Source of the DNA: an uncultured Gammaproteobacteria bacterium
GTDB lineage: Bacteria; Patescibacteriota; Patescibacteriia; Magasanikbacterales; UBA922
Direction of reading: 5' to 3'
NCBI GenBank assembly: GCA_964447765.1
Contig: CAYUTO010000003.1
Coordinates: 72,919 to 136,918 of the forward strand
DNA: 64,000 nucleotides
The translations under genes were made by a program, and so were the position numbers. The notes beneath the pieces are model-generated. The model was not told the origin of the DNA and searched no databases. It was given only the letters and a program-made list of their open reading frames with translations. Positions within the stretch are counted from its first letter, which is position 1. Every line of letters begins with the position of its first letter. This document shows positions 10,312-20,239 of this stretch, one piece after another.

Positions 10312-11118
10312 ATGTTACCAGTAATTTTTCCTCGACATATCAGTTGGAAAGTTTTTTTTACAAATTCTGACCCATACTCTCCGTTTGGAACAAAGACGTT
10401 TTCACGCATAAAAAAAACACTCTCCATTCTTACAGATGCTGGATACGTATTCACAATCGAGGATGTAGATGAACTTTATTTAAACAAATTTATTCCACGT
10501 TACGAAGCTTTTATTTCTTCAAAAGAGCGCGGCACCATTTTCCCTATTAAAGATCGCATTAATGATGGTAAAAAACGGGGATGGCAGTATAAAGCTCTAT
10601 CACTCTATAAAAATACAGAATACCTCGGTGGATTAATTTTCTCTACAGACGCAGTCTCTAGTTTTATCTCCTCGAATTACAAAGTATTTCCTCATGAGAT
10701 TCCTGAAAAAATATCAATAGGAGTAAGCTTTGTTGCTGAAAAATATTTTAATGAGTACTCAATAAGTAATAAAATTGAATTTATCACTCACGGATTAGAT
10801 CGAAATATATATGGCTTCCATTCCAATATTGGACTTGCCTGTTACAAAGTTCAAATTGGTGGACGCCCTTTTATACCACTCAAACGAACATCCACTAATG
10901 AGCCAAACGAGATACTAGAAACACTCCCTATCTTCGAAGAAGACATGCTCGTTTTTCTTGGAGAAAAACATGAAGAATTTATTACCAAAGCCTTGCTCGT
11001 ATCAGAAAAACCTGAAGAGGAGTTACAAAAGAAATTTCCGATACTTTTTTCAAACAATTATTTTGAAACTAAAATTGTCACACATGGTGAGGTACCAATG
11101 ATTCCTGACTGGAAATAA
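10312..11118 (+). CDS. Hypothetical protein, possible GNAT/FemAB-like fold
   Basis: 268-aa ORF directly after the ATP-grasp gene; GLACYKVQIGG recalls the GL..FK..G motif of Fem/GNAT proteins (weak). Confidence 0.5.
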   Translation: MLPVIFPRHISWKVFFTNSDPYSPFGTKTFSRIKKTLSILTDAGYVFTIEDVDELYLNKFIPRYEAFISSKERGTIFPIKDRINDGKKRGWQYKALSLYKNTEYLGGLIFSTDAVSSFISSNYKVFPHEIPEKISIGVSFVAEKYFNEYSISNKIEFITHGLDRNIYGFHSNIGLACYKVQIGGRPFIPLKRTSTNEPNEILETLPIFEEDMLVFLGEKHEEFITKALLVSEKPEEELQKKFPILFSNNYFETKIVTHGEVPMIPDWK

Positions 11119-11148
11119 AATAGAGGCGCATTGCAATACACCTCTATT

Positions 11149-11853
11149 TTAGATACCCCATCTCACTTTTCTCTCTTCTCTTTTTCCTTGAAAATACTCG
11201 GGCATTCCTCGTATTTCTTCTATTTCTATTCGTGGGCCGAGGAAGGAAATGCTATGTTCGATTGCTTTAATGTTGCTTTGAATATCCTGTGCCAAATCGC
11301 TATGGTGTTCTGGTTGGTTTTCGGCAAGACCTCGAAGTAATGCGAGCACTCCATTTACCTCTTCAATCATTTTGCCATAATACTCAATTTTTTCCTCATA
11401 CGTTTTTCGATCATGGGTTAATACAGCCTGCATAGCATAGCGACGGATGTCATGCTTCAAGTCTACGAGAAGTTCATTTAATTCTTGTCTATCATCATGA
11501 TCAAAATGATCGAGCACTGTTCCATGACACACAGGTCCAAAACTCCCACCCAAATCACACACCAACATATATTTTTTTCGTAAACTGGGAGTTGCTTTTT
11601 GCATGAAAAATTTATCACCCATTGTTTTTTCATGATGTTCAACCATTTCCTCAAATGCCCGCATATAGGGCCACAATTTGGTTCCGTGCTCTGCCATAGA
11701 ACGTTCCACCTCATGAAGCGTAACGTCTTCAGCCCTATAGAGACGATCAAGCTCTATCTCAAGATCCTGCTTCACCTGTCGAGGAACCAACGGAGGAATA
11801 CGTTTGAGAATTGTTTCGTAGATGGTGAGGGTATGTTGGATGATGGGTTGCAT
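11149..11853 (-). CDS. Hypothetical helical protein
   Basis: Long ORF; likely start MQPIIQH; ends at a bidirectional hairpin (11118-11150). Confidence 0.65.
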   Translation of the reverse strand: MQPIIQHTLTIYETILKRIPPLVPRQVKQDLEIELDRLYRAEDVTLHEVERSMAEHGTKLWPYMRAFEEMVEHHEKTMGDKFFMQKATPSLRKKYMLVCDLGGSFGPVCHGTVLDHFDHDDRQELNELLVDLKHDIRRYAMQAVLTHDRKTYEEKIEYYGKMIEEVNGVLALLRGLAENQPEHHSDLAQDIQSNIKAIEHSISFLGPRIEIEEIRGMPEYFQGKREERKVRWGI

Positions 11854-11950
11854 AGTGGAGATAGTATAGCATATCAAAACGACGCACGACACACACAGTA
11901 CGATAAGATACTTTTGGTCGTGTTCCATGAGTCGTGTATTGTTTTCTACT

Positions 11951-12619
11951 TTAGAAGGATAAGTTTTCTTTCCACCGTATATACAACTCTTTGGTCGCAT
12001 GCAAATCCCCTGCGCAGTATTCTGCAATTTCCTTACATTTTCCTGCCTGGAACATAGGTAATACCTCGTGACCGCTTACCCCATTTGATTTAGGTGACTT
12101 GATCCCAAATGCTTTGCAATAAAAATCAAGATTGAATTTTCGATAGGCATTATAGAAGGTCAATTGCTCGAGCAAATCTACATGTGCATCCGTGCTATAC
12201 CGATACGGTGCTAAATTTTTGGTAGGTTTTACTCCGAGCATTGCTGATCGAAGCATAAGTACGGGACAATCAAATCCACGTCCATTAAACGTCACGAATT
12301 TGTGAGAAAATGAAATTGCTTTCCAGAATTTTTCGAGAATTTCTTTTTCTGTACCACATTCATACTTAATTCCATCTTTTTCATATGATTCAACAACTTC
12401 CCCTGAGGTTTGAAAATACACCGCCCCCTTCCCACTCTCAACCGAGAGCATACCAATCGCTACAATCCTATTGGTTGGAGCCCAAAGCGCCATTTGTTGT
12501 TTTACTTTTTCTTCGTCTTCTCCATTTTCTGCAAATTTAAGCAAATAGCTTTTCTGATCACTATCCAATTCGTCAAAAGGTACTGGTATTGTTTCGATAT
12601 CGAACACTACTGTATTCAT
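11951..12619 (-). CDS. PolB-type 3'-5' exonuclease-like (RNase H fold) protein
   Basis: VFDIET (ExoI), TFNGRGFDCP (ExoII), EYCAGD (ExoIII). Confidence 0.88.
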   Translation of the reverse strand: MNTVVFDIETIPVPFDELDSDQKSYLLKFAENGEDEEKVKQQMALWAPTNRIVAIGMLSVESGKGAVYFQTSGEVVESYEKDGIKYECGTEKEILEKFWKAISFSHKFVTFNGRGFDCPVLMLRSAMLGVKPTKNLAPYRYSTDAHVDLLEQLTFYNAYRKFNLDFYCKAFGIKSPKSNGVSGHEVLPMFQAGKCKEIAEYCAGDLHATKELYIRWKENLSF

Positions 12620-12771
12620 ACAAGTATTTATTACCCCACTTAATAAAGTACTCAACACTATACGATACTAGTTGATTTTTGGCAAAAATATGCTAGCATA
12701 CATCAAGAATCCATGATTGTGATACACTAATATCTCTCATTGATCCATCCTAACTATAGTGGAAAATTACT

Positions 12772-13680
12772 ATGAAAAAAATTGCTGTTTTTTTTAAAAC
12801 TCCAGGTGCGATGGGATATCCTTTTTCCAAACCTGACTATTGGACATCATATTCTGAACTCTCACAAGAAGTTACAAACCATAGTGGACAACTGTACTTT
12901 ACTCGTGAACAACACACGTATCTTGGTAATGGATCTTTTTCACAGTCATGGATTATTGAAAATAATTCACTCGTAGAAACAGGTCCTATTACCGTTGAAG
13001 TAATCTATGACAAGGGAAGATTTGCACCCGATAACACAGTTCCTATTTTAAATCACTCAAAGATAAAAAGGATTTGCGATGATAAATGGCTTATGTACCA
13101 GCATTTTTCAGAATATTGCCCTACCACTTTTTTTGTTGAAAATGAAATGCAGATACACTCCGCACTTCCCAAACTCAAAACAGACTTACTGGTTTTCAAA
13201 CCCTTCTCAGGAAGCGAAGGCACAGGTGTAACGATTGAAAAAAAAGAATTTTTTATGAGTAACCTCGATACATTACAGTACCCAGGAGTTTTTTCAGAGT
13301 TTATAGATACTTCTATCGGGGTTCCACATATTGTAGAAGGGCTCCACGATCTTCGATTAGCAATTTTTGATGGTGATATTTTGTATTCTTATTTCCGCAC
13401 ACCCCCTCAAGGTAGTTTCTTAGCCAATGTTTCCAAAGGTGGTAAATTTGAAATGGTTGACCCGAACAACTTACCAAAAGAAATCTTAGCTATTGCAAAA
13501 AAAATTGACTCAGAGTTTTCTGAATGTGGACATCGATTCTACAGCATTGATTTTGGGTATACCATAGATGGACCGAAAATTATTGAAATGAATTCAGAGC
13601 TCGGCTTATTACCAAACAAAGAACATCCGATCTTTATCACACTCAAAGAAAAATTAGCTCAGGCTTTTATAGATATGTAA
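12772..13680 (+). CDS. RimK/glutathione-synthetase-like ATP-grasp protein
   Basis: CDDKW, FKPFSGSEGTGV, DLR, ANVSKGG, IIEMNS. Confidence 0.8.
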   Translation: MKKIAVFFKTPGAMGYPFSKPDYWTSYSELSQEVTNHSGQLYFTREQHTYLGNGSFSQSWIIENNSLVETGPITVEVIYDKGRFAPDNTVPILNHSKIKRICDDKWLMYQHFSEYCPTTFFVENEMQIHSALPKLKTDLLVFKPFSGSEGTGVTIEKKEFFMSNLDTLQYPGVFSEFIDTSIGVPHIVEGLHDLRLAIFDGDILYSYFRTPPQGSFLANVSKGGKFEMVDPNNLPKEILAIAKKIDSEFSECGHRFYSIDFGYTIDGPKIIEMNSELGLLPNKEHPIFITLKEKLAQAFIDM

Positions 13681-13692
13681 GAATCTCAAACA

Positions 13693-14166
13693 TTAGTTAT
13701 ATAGCAAGTGACCAATGTAGTACATTCCAATTCCAGCAGCCACAGACACATTGAGGCTTTCCTTCATCCCACGCATAGGAATATGTGTGACAATATCACT
13801 CTTCAGAAGATTTTTCTTATCAATCCCCTCAACTTCATTTCCTACGATTAAGGCTATTTTTGTTCCAAGCATTTTTTTGGTGAGTGTACCTAATTCTACA
13901 CTGTCCTTTGCTTTTTCCAAGGCAACGATTGTATATCCTTCTTTTTTTAAACTTGAAATAAGCCGAGCTAGGCTTTTCTTCTGCTCCCAGGGCACTGTTT
14001 TTTCAGCCCCCAGAGCTACTTTATCTATTTCAGGTCGTGGAGGTACCGGTGTGTAGCCTACGAGATAGATTTTATTAAATCCACACGCATCCGCTGTTCG
14101 GAACATTGCACCCACATTGTGACATGAGCGGATATTTGGAAGTATGAGAGCGAGTTCTGGTTTCAT
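13693..14166 (-). CDS. SpoU/TrmH-family RNA methyltransferase
   Basis: NIRSCHNVGAMFRTADA, GNEVEG, IPMRGMKESLNVSVA. Confidence 0.93.
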   Translation of the reverse strand: MKPELALILPNIRSCHNVGAMFRTADACGFNKIYLVGYTPVPPRPEIDKVALGAEKTVPWEQKKSLARLISSLKKEGYTIVALEKAKDSVELGTLTKKMLGTKIALIVGNEVEGIDKKNLLKSDIVTHIPMRGMKESLNVSVAAGIGMYYIGHLLYN

Positions 14167-14184
14167 AGTACCTAAGCATAGCGA

Positions 14185-14217
14185 AAATAAGACTGGATTT
14201 CAACCAGTCTTATTTTC
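14185..14217. terminator. Intrinsic terminator hairpin
   Basis: AAAATAAGACTGG-loop-CCAGTCTTATTTT directly after the stop of 14220..15155. Confidence 0.75.
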
Positions 14218-14219
14218 TA

Positions 14220-15155
14220 TTAATTTTGAGGACGTTCTTGAAGTGGGAGTAATGGACGAACCTGTTTTTGTCTCTCACCTGTAGATGTTGCCGATTTCTC
14301 TCGCTGACGTTCTAATATTTCTTCTTGTCTTATACGCTCAAGCTTACGCTCGGCAGCCGGGGTAGTACTAGCTTTTTCTTCAACATTAAGTTTGATTTCC
14401 GCTGCACGCTCTTCACGAATGGTTTGCAATTCTTCTTTTGCAGACTCATCGCCGGATTTTATCCGATCAAGAAGTTCTTTTTGTTCATCACGGAATTCTT
14501 TGACCTCTTCTTGATGCTCTTCAATTCTAGCTTTTACACTTTCTAAATGAGCACGTACTTCTTCGGGAATATTACTATTTTCAAGCGCATTCATCAGAGA
14601 TCGACTCTTCTCACTTGCTTGTGTGCGCACATTTTCTAAACGCTCAAGCTGTTCGGGAGTAAGTTTTTCTTCTAATTTTAGAAATACCTCTTCTTTGCGT
14701 TCTTTAAAGTTTAACAAATTTTTTAGCAATAGTTGCGCTCGAGCATCTGGATTGTCTATGAGCGTATCTTTTACTTTATCCGCCTGATCTTCGAGACTCG
14801 CTGCGCGCTCAAGTATCTTATTGATACGCTCTTGTACTTGTGGATCATCAGTCTTATCTGCCAATCTCTCGGCAATTTCTGTTCGCTCTTCAGCGAATTG
14901 TAATGCTTTTTCTGCTTTCTTTACTGGGTCGAATGTGGTGAGTAGCACGAATCGTTCTCTCACCCCTAGAAAAAACATTTTCCAGCCGCTCGACTCATCA
15001 GATGTATTCACTTCCCCACTGGTAGTGGGGTCAAGAGCTACATCTACTGAAACTTCGGCTGAAGTTTGTACTGCTTCAGCATTCACTACTCTAGGAACAC
15101 TTGAGAAAATGAGCCCAAGTGATAAAAATAGCGCGATAGATACTTTTTTATACAT
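14220..15155 (-). CDS. Exported coiled-coil protein (DUF5667-like)
   Basis: Signal peptide, then TFDPVKKAEKALQFAEER and E/K/R-rich helices. Confidence 0.7.
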   Translation of the reverse strand: MYKKVSIALFLSLGLIFSSVPRVVNAEAVQTSAEVSVDVALDPTTSGEVNTSDESSGWKMFFLGVRERFVLLTTFDPVKKAEKALQFAEERTEIAERLADKTDDPQVQERINKILERAASLEDQADKVKDTLIDNPDARAQLLLKNLLNFKERKEEVFLKLEEKLTPEQLERLENVRTQASEKSRSLMNALENSNIPEEVRAHLESVKARIEEHQEEVKEFRDEQKELLDRIKSGDESAKEELQTIREERAAEIKLNVEEKASTTPAAERKLERIRQEEILERQREKSATSTGERQKQVRPLLPLQERPQN

Positions 15156-15207
15156 ATTTTTTAAAATGTGGGTATCGAAAACAGCCCGGGTGGGCTGTTT
15201 CCACTTG

Positions 15208-15336
15208 TCAGCTTAATGTAAGACGAGGAACAAAGATAAATACTGCACTTGCAATCATTATCCCTGCTGCTAAATAATAATATACCAAAGAAAACTCAGA
15301 CTTAATGGCGTCTGTGGCCAAATATTTTGGTTGCAT
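15208..15336 (-). CDS. Putative 42-aa single-pass membrane protein (not in ORF track)
   Basis: Manual translation MQPKYLATDAIKSEFSLVYYYLAAGIMIASAVFIFVPRLTLS; followed by hairpin AAACAGCCC/GGGCTGTTT. Confidence 0.45.
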   Translation of the reverse strand: MQPKYLATDAIKSEFSLVYYYLAAGIMIASAVFIFVPRLTLS

Positions 15337-15491
15337 ATTTTGTTTATTTGTTTTTGTATATTGTATGTTGCAACGTTATATACTATACCACAAAAAACAC
15401 GTTTTGTCAACCCCGTTTTTTCGACATTTTACTAGAAAAATTGTTTTTTTCTGTTATACTATGTTGTGCGACACAAAAAAATATTCAATTT

Positions 15492-16496
15492 ATGCAAACG
15501 CTCACCAAATACAAAACTGATTTCCTCGAACACCTCGAAATTGAAAAAAATCGAAGTGACAAGACTACCAAAAACTATGATTTTTATCTTCGTCGCTTTG
15601 TCGAATGGTTTGGGGAAGACAAAACACCAGAAGCAATTACTTTCGAAGACATTCGTCAGTATCGCCTTTGGCTCAATCGCCTGATTGATGTCCATGGAGA
15701 GCCCTTGAAGAAGAATACTCAGAACTACCATTTGATTGCGCTCCGCACTTTTCTCAAGTATCTTGCCAAACGAGATATCAAAACGTTATCGGCCGAAAAA
15801 ATCGAACTCATGAAGATGCCTGATCGTGAAGTTTCATTTCTTGATGGGAGTGATCTCAACCGTATTCTTGAAGCTCCGCTCAAACATATTAATACAAAAA
15901 AATTGGAAGCTGAAGGAAGTAAGATTGTAGCTGGACCAACACTCTTGATTGCGTACCGAGACAAATCTATCCTTGAGTTGCTTTTTTCTACTGGTCTTCG
16001 TGTGTCAGAATTAGTCAAACTCAAAAAAGATGATGTGAATTTGAAACGAGATGAATTTACGGTTGTTGGTAAAGGACGAAAAGCCAGGGTCGTCTTCCTC
16101 TCAGAACAAGCAAAATACTTTCTCAAAAAATATTTGGATCTACGAAATGATATTCACCCCTACCTCTTTGTTTCGCACGACAAACGAACCAAAAAACATG
16201 AGATAGCAAAAAATGCTTCAAAAGATACTCCTGATGAACCCCTAACCCCTCGTTCCGTACAACGCCTGGTCCAAAAACATGCCCGTGAAGCCGGTATTAC
16301 CAAAATTGTGACTCCACATACCTTACGACACTCGTATGCCACTGATTTGCTCCAAAATGGGGCGGATATTCGCAGTGTACAGTCCATGCTTGGGCACGCA
16401 TCAATCACTACTACTCAAATCTATACCCATATTACTGACAAAGAATTATTGAATATTCATAAAAAATTTCATGGGAAGAAAAGAAATGATGATTGA
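15492..16496 (+). CDS. XerC/XerD-type tyrosine recombinase
   Basis: Catalytic R (TGLRVSEL), K (GKGRK), HTLRH, LGH and TQIY; N-terminal SAM-like domain. Confidence 0.92.
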   Translation: MQTLTKYKTDFLEHLEIEKNRSDKTTKNYDFYLRRFVEWFGEDKTPEAITFEDIRQYRLWLNRLIDVHGEPLKKNTQNYHLIALRTFLKYLAKRDIKTLSAEKIELMKMPDREVSFLDGSDLNRILEAPLKHINTKKLEAEGSKIVAGPTLLIAYRDKSILELLFSTGLRVSELVKLKKDDVNLKRDEFTVVGKGRKARVVFLSEQAKYFLKKYLDLRNDIHPYLFVSHDKRTKKHEIAKNASKDTPDEPLTPRSVQRLVQKHAREAGITKIVTPHTLRHSYATDLLQNGADIRSVQSMLGHASITTTQIYTHITDKELLNIHKKFHGKKRNDD

Positions 16497-16500
16497 CAAA

Positions 16501-16586
16501 AAGAGTCAAAAGTCGTAAAGTGGAAAGTCGAAAGTCTAATTTTGTATTCTCTTTATGACTTTACGGACTTTATAGACTTTCGACTC
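16501..16586. repeat. Heptamer-periodic inverted repeat (AAAGTCG / CGACTTT type)
   Basis: gagtcaaaagtcgtaaagtggaaagtcgaaagtc ... gactttacggactttatagactttcgactc. Confidence 0.85.
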
Positions 16587-16590
16587 ATAC

Positions 16591-16662
16591 GGGCCTATAG
16601 TTCAATGGATAGAACACCAGCCTTCTAAGCTGGTTATGCAGGTTCGATTCCTGCTGGGCCCA
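16591..16662 (+). tRNA. tRNA-Arg(TCT)
   Basis: Acceptor GGGCCTA/TGGGCCC, anticodon arm CCAGC-CTTCTAA-GCTGG, GGTTCGATTCC T-arm; CCA not encoded. Confidence 0.96.
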
Positions 16663-16667
16663 CACAT

Positions 16668-16701
16668 GAAAACCGTCCTCCGACTCTGAGGGCGGTTTTT
16701 T
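16668..16701 (+). terminator. Intrinsic terminator after tRNA-Arg
   Basis: AAAACCGTCCTC-loop-GAGGGCGGTTTTTT. Confidence 0.8.
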
Positions 16702-16768
16702 ATACCAAACTCTTGCATTTGTAGCGACTTTACGCAATACTACTAGCATAATTCTTATACTACACAAT

Positions 16769-17503
16769 ATGTGGGTACTCGTAGGAATCGTACTGTTCAT
16801 CATATTTATCAGTGTCCGACAGGTGAACCAGTACCAGAGAGGTGTGAAGTTTCAACTCGGTAAATATGTAAAGATTGTTGAACCAGGATGGAGATTGGTA
16901 TTCCCGATTATTCAGAGTATGCAAAAAGTGGATATCCGTACCAAGGCAGTTGATGTACCTTATCAGGAAGCAATTACCAAAGATAACGTATCTGCAAAAA
17001 TTAATGCGGTAATCTACTATCGAGTTTCTGATGCAGCAAAAGCAATACTCGAAGTAGAAAACTTCTGGTTTGCCGTTTCCCAACTTGCACAAACTACCAT
17101 GCGAAATGTGGTAGGACAACTCGAGCTCGATGAACTTCTTGCTCGCCGTGAAGAAGCTGCAAAAAGAATCCGAGAAATTATTGACGTTGCTTCTGACCCT
17201 TGGGGAATTAAAGTTGAAAGTGTGGAATTGAAAGACGTCACACTCCCCGATGACATGCAGCGAGTAATTGCAAAACAAGCTGAAGCTGAACGTGAAAAGC
17301 GAGCAGTGATTATCAAAGCAGAAGGAGAAATCGCAGCCGCAACAAACATTGCAAAAGCTGCTGACATGCTTTCAGGTAGCCCTGGAGCACTCCACCTCCG
17401 TACCCTAAGTACTATCAATGATGTAAGTAGTGACCAATCAAATACGATCATTTTTGCAGTACCTCTCGAAATATTGCGTTCATTTGAACGTTCAAACCAA
17501 TAA
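16769..17503 (+). CDS. SPFH/stomatin (slipin) family protein
   Basis: QEAITKDNV, LAQTTMRNVVG, PWGIKVESVELKDV, QAEAEREKRA. Confidence 0.94.
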   Translation: MWVLVGIVLFIIFISVRQVNQYQRGVKFQLGKYVKIVEPGWRLVFPIIQSMQKVDIRTKAVDVPYQEAITKDNVSAKINAVIYYRVSDAAKAILEVENFWFAVSQLAQTTMRNVVGQLELDELLARREEAAKRIREIIDVASDPWGIKVESVELKDVTLPDDMQRVIAKQAEAEREKRAVIIKAEGEIAAATNIAKAADMLSGSPGALHLRTLSTINDVSSDQSNTIIFAVPLEILRSFERSNQ

Positions 17504-17513
17504 TATTCGATAT

Positions 17514-17556
17514 CTATATCATAAAAGCCCCTATTACAGGGGCTTTTATGATATAG
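17514..17556. terminator. Long inverted-repeat terminator
   Basis: CTATATCATAAAAGCCCCT-loop-AGGGGCTTTTATGATATAG. Confidence 0.8.
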
Positions 17557-17562
17557 TATGGG

Positions 17563-17591
17563 TTGACAAAAAACACACGCACAAGTATACT
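17563..17591 (+). promoter_or_regulatory. sigma70 promoter of tRNA-His
   Basis: TTGACA-17 nt-TATACT. Confidence 0.8.
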
Positions 17592-17640
17592 GTGCTTCAC
17601 ATTACGTACAACAAATAATTGATGCAGAGGTCAGGTTTGG

Positions 17641-17715
17641 GGTGGCTATGGTGTAGTGGTAACACAGAGGTTTGTGGTACCTTTATCACGGGTTCGATCC
17701 CCGTTAGCCACCCCA
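17641..17715 (+). tRNA. tRNA-His(GTG)
   Basis: G-1 plus GTGGCTA/TAGCCAC acceptor, C73 discriminator, encoded CCA, anticodon loop TTGTGGT. Confidence 0.95.
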
Positions 17716-17796
17716 AAAAGGATCTCTCAAATAAAACGTCTGTACAGGCGTTTTATTGTACACAAAACTCGGGTATACTAGTGACGCATATCTACT

Positions 17797-18918
17797 ATGA
17801 TCCACACACATAAAAAAATACTTATTGTTTCCCTTTCGGCAGGGTCAGGTCATATCCAGACTGCTAAAGCGCTTGAAAAAGCTGCTAAACTTGATTTTCC
17901 CGAACTTGAGTGTAGGCACATCGACATTGCTGACTATATTACCCCCTTGCTCAAAAAAACTACGGTTGAAGGATATGATTTTCTCGTATCCCATCTTCCC
18001 AAAGTCTGGTCTGGATTATTCCGAATCTCTGATAATAAGGTATTTATAAAAACATATCATGCTCTTACTGATTACCTAAAAATGCTTAGTTCATTTGAAT
18101 TTCTTCAGGAAGTCGAAAATTTTGCACCCGACCACATTATCACCACTCATTTTTTACCTTCGGAAATTTTGGCACACGCCATGAAAAAACGCAGCAAAGC
18201 TGTTCCTATTACTCAAATAGTTACCGACTACGGTCTACACCCTATGATCGTGATTAATGGAGTAACAAATTATGTAGTGAGCACACCCGAGATGAAAGAG
18301 GAATTAATTCACACGCACAAAATCCCCTCTACCCGTATTCATGAATTTGGTATTCCGATTGACCCTGCTTTTTATCACACACCATCACTCGAAGAAGCAC
18401 GAGTGAAACTGAAACTACCCGAAGACAAACCTTTGGTTTTATTACTTTCTGGTGGAAGTGGAATGATTGAACTTGCCGATACTATCGAAGAATTATTTGC
18501 ACACTTACAGCTACCTACCGCTATAGTTGCAGTAACGGGGAAAAATAAAAAAATGCTTACTCGTATTTCGAAGCTCAGTCCACCAGCACACATTACCTAC
18601 ATCCCACTCGGCTGGACTGATGATATTTCTTCGCTTATGAAATTAGCTTCAGTTGTCGTAAGCAAACCAGGAGGACTCACGACTACCGAATGCACTGTGT
18701 CTCAGGTTCCTCTTATTGCCATTCATCCGATTCCTGGTCAGGAAGAATTTAATGTAGAATATTTGAAAAAAAATCATCTCGGTGACCACGCTCCAACTAC
18801 CAGAGACGTATTACCGCTTGTAACCCACTACCTCTCACAAAAGACTACAAAAAAAGACTACACACGGGTGCAGTCTGGTACACAATTACTAGAATTTATT
18901 TCACAATTGAAAACTTAG
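17797..18918 (+). CDS. MGDG-synthase/UgtP-like glycosyltransferase (GT28)
   Basis: SAGSGH, THFLP, TDY..H, GIPI, SKPGGLTTTE, PIPGQEEFN. Confidence 0.9.
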   Translation: MIHTHKKILIVSLSAGSGHIQTAKALEKAAKLDFPELECRHIDIADYITPLLKKTTVEGYDFLVSHLPKVWSGLFRISDNKVFIKTYHALTDYLKMLSSFEFLQEVENFAPDHIITTHFLPSEILAHAMKKRSKAVPITQIVTDYGLHPMIVINGVTNYVVSTPEMKEELIHTHKIPSTRIHEFGIPIDPAFYHTPSLEEARVKLKLPEDKPLVLLLSGGSGMIELADTIEELFAHLQLPTAIVAVTGKNKKMLTRISKLSPPAHITYIPLGWTDDISSLMKLASVVVSKPGGLTTTECTVSQVPLIAIHPIPGQEEFNVEYLKKNHLGDHAPTTRDVLPLVTHYLSQKTTKKDYTRVQSGTQLLEFISQLKT

Positions 18919-19382
18919 AATTCATCAGGATATGAATCATTATATCCAGGTGTTATCGGATTATTGATACTCCCATACAAACCCATATATATAAAGTAGG
19001 TGATACTATAAGCACCCAGTATTACCGCGGTTCCTGTTACACAATACATTAAAATTTTCTTTCCCGTCTCGATTTTTTCTTCATTACCACTGGAGGTCAT
19101 GATGACAAATCCTGCATACAAGGCCAAAGCAACAGCAATGATGCCCATTACACCCAAAAATGTTTTGATCAGTTTTGCCACGATTATTCGAGGGTCACTG
19201 TGTGTTAATTTGGCCCCCTTATCACCACCAAATGCATTGAGTTGTGCTTCCATTTCTGAACCTTGAAATTGCCCTGGTGTTTGAGTTGATGGGCTCGTAG
19301 CAAACACTATACTAGGCATACTTGAAAAAAGTATTCCGAGTAAGAATGTAGCACCTACGATCAATTTTTTTATTTTTTTCAT
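18915..19382 (-). CDS. TrbC/VirB2-like pilin paralog 11
   Basis: Signal peptide plus helical hairpin with YAGF.IMTSSGNEEKIETGKKI..G..I..AY motif. Confidence 0.8.
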   Translation of the reverse strand: MKKIKKLIVGATFLLGILFSSMPSIVFATSPSTQTPGQFQGSEMEAQLNAFGGDKGAKLTHSDPRIIVAKLIKTFLGVMGIIAVALALYAGFVIMTSSGNEEKIETGKKILMYCVTGTAVILGAYSITYFIYMGLYGSINNPITPGYNDSYPDEF

Positions 19383-19397
19383 ATTCAAGCTTCAAAT

Positions 19398-19811
19398 TTA
19401 TTGTTGACCTATCGTTTCTGCAAGAATTCGGCTTGTTACAAAACTGGTGATGCTATATGCAGATAAAATAATAATAAGCCCAACAACTGCATAACCGATG
19501 ATTTTTTTTGCTTTTGATAGATTTTCTTCGTTACCCGCAGCTGTAAAAATCAGAAAGCCGGCATAGACCACCAACACCACAAACATAATTCCTAACAAGG
19601 ACAATACCAACTGGATTCCTTTGGCAACGGTAATACGAATATCTTGCGCTTCGGTACCATATCCTGCAGCTTGAGATCCAGCATTGAGCTGCCCCATGAT
19701 GTCTGGACCAGTAGTTGTTGCTAGAGCTCCTGCTGGCGAAAAAACAAATACTCCAAACATTAGGAATGAAGTAAAAAGTACACGCACAGCTAGTGCTTTC
19801 ATTTTTTGCAT
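19398..19811 (-). CDS. TrbC/VirB2-like pilin paralog 10
   Basis: YAGFLIFTAAGNEENLSKAKKII..AVVGLIII.SAYSI. Confidence 0.82.
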   Translation of the reverse strand: MQKMKALAVRVLFTSFLMFGVFVFSPAGALATTTGPDIMGQLNAGSQAAGYGTEAQDIRITVAKGIQLVLSLLGIMFVVLVVYAGFLIFTAAGNEENLSKAKKIIGYAVVGLIIILSAYSITSFVTSRILAETIGQQ

Positions 19812-19815
19812 ATTT

Positions 19816-20238
19816 TTATGGTGTGGCGGCAGGAGTCGGAGTAGTTGGAGTACTTACTGATCCTTCCAATACTCGTGGAACTACAAATCTGGTAATACTA
19901 TAAGCTGCCATGAGAATGATGAGTCCTATTACTGCTCGACCTATAATATTTTTCGCCTTAGTAACTTGCTCGTCTTCTCCTAGTGCCATCATCCAAAGGT
20001 AGCCAGCGTATACGATGAGTACGGTGAATAGTACTCCTAATACTGAAAATAATACGGTGATCAGTCTTCCAATATTTTCTGCTAATGTTGTCTCTGTTGC
20101 TTTTACAAACCCTGCTTGCGTTCCTGCTTTATGCACATCATCAATACCTAGATTTTGAGTATAGACAGTAGTACTTAATAGACCAGAAAATAGAAACGCG
20201 GCTAACAAAAAAATTTTAACAGTTTGTAGTTTTTTCAT
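19816..20238 (-). CDS. TrbC/VirB2-like pilin paralog 9
   Basis: YAGYLWMMALGEDEQVTKAKNII..AVIGLII; P/T-rich tail. Confidence 0.82.
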   Translation of the reverse strand: MKKLQTVKIFLLAAFLFSGLLSTTVYTQNLGIDDVHKAGTQAGFVKATETTLAENIGRLITVLFSVLGVLFTVLIVYAGYLWMMALGEDEQVTKAKNIIGRAVIGLIILMAAYSITRFVVPRVLEGSVSTPTTPTPAATP

Positions 20239-20239
20239 A

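Noticed and set aside
15895-15940. Possible degenerate heptamer insertion in the Xer recombinase linker (KKLEAEGSKIVAG)
   Set aside because: The periodicity is too weak to separate from ordinary coding sequence without an alignment.
15492-16662. Tyrosine recombinase beside tRNA-Arg as a prophage or island integrase
   Set aside because: The protein is XerC/D-like in size and motifs, the neighbours are ordinary chromosomal genes, and I saw no duplicated tRNA 3' end or phage genes.
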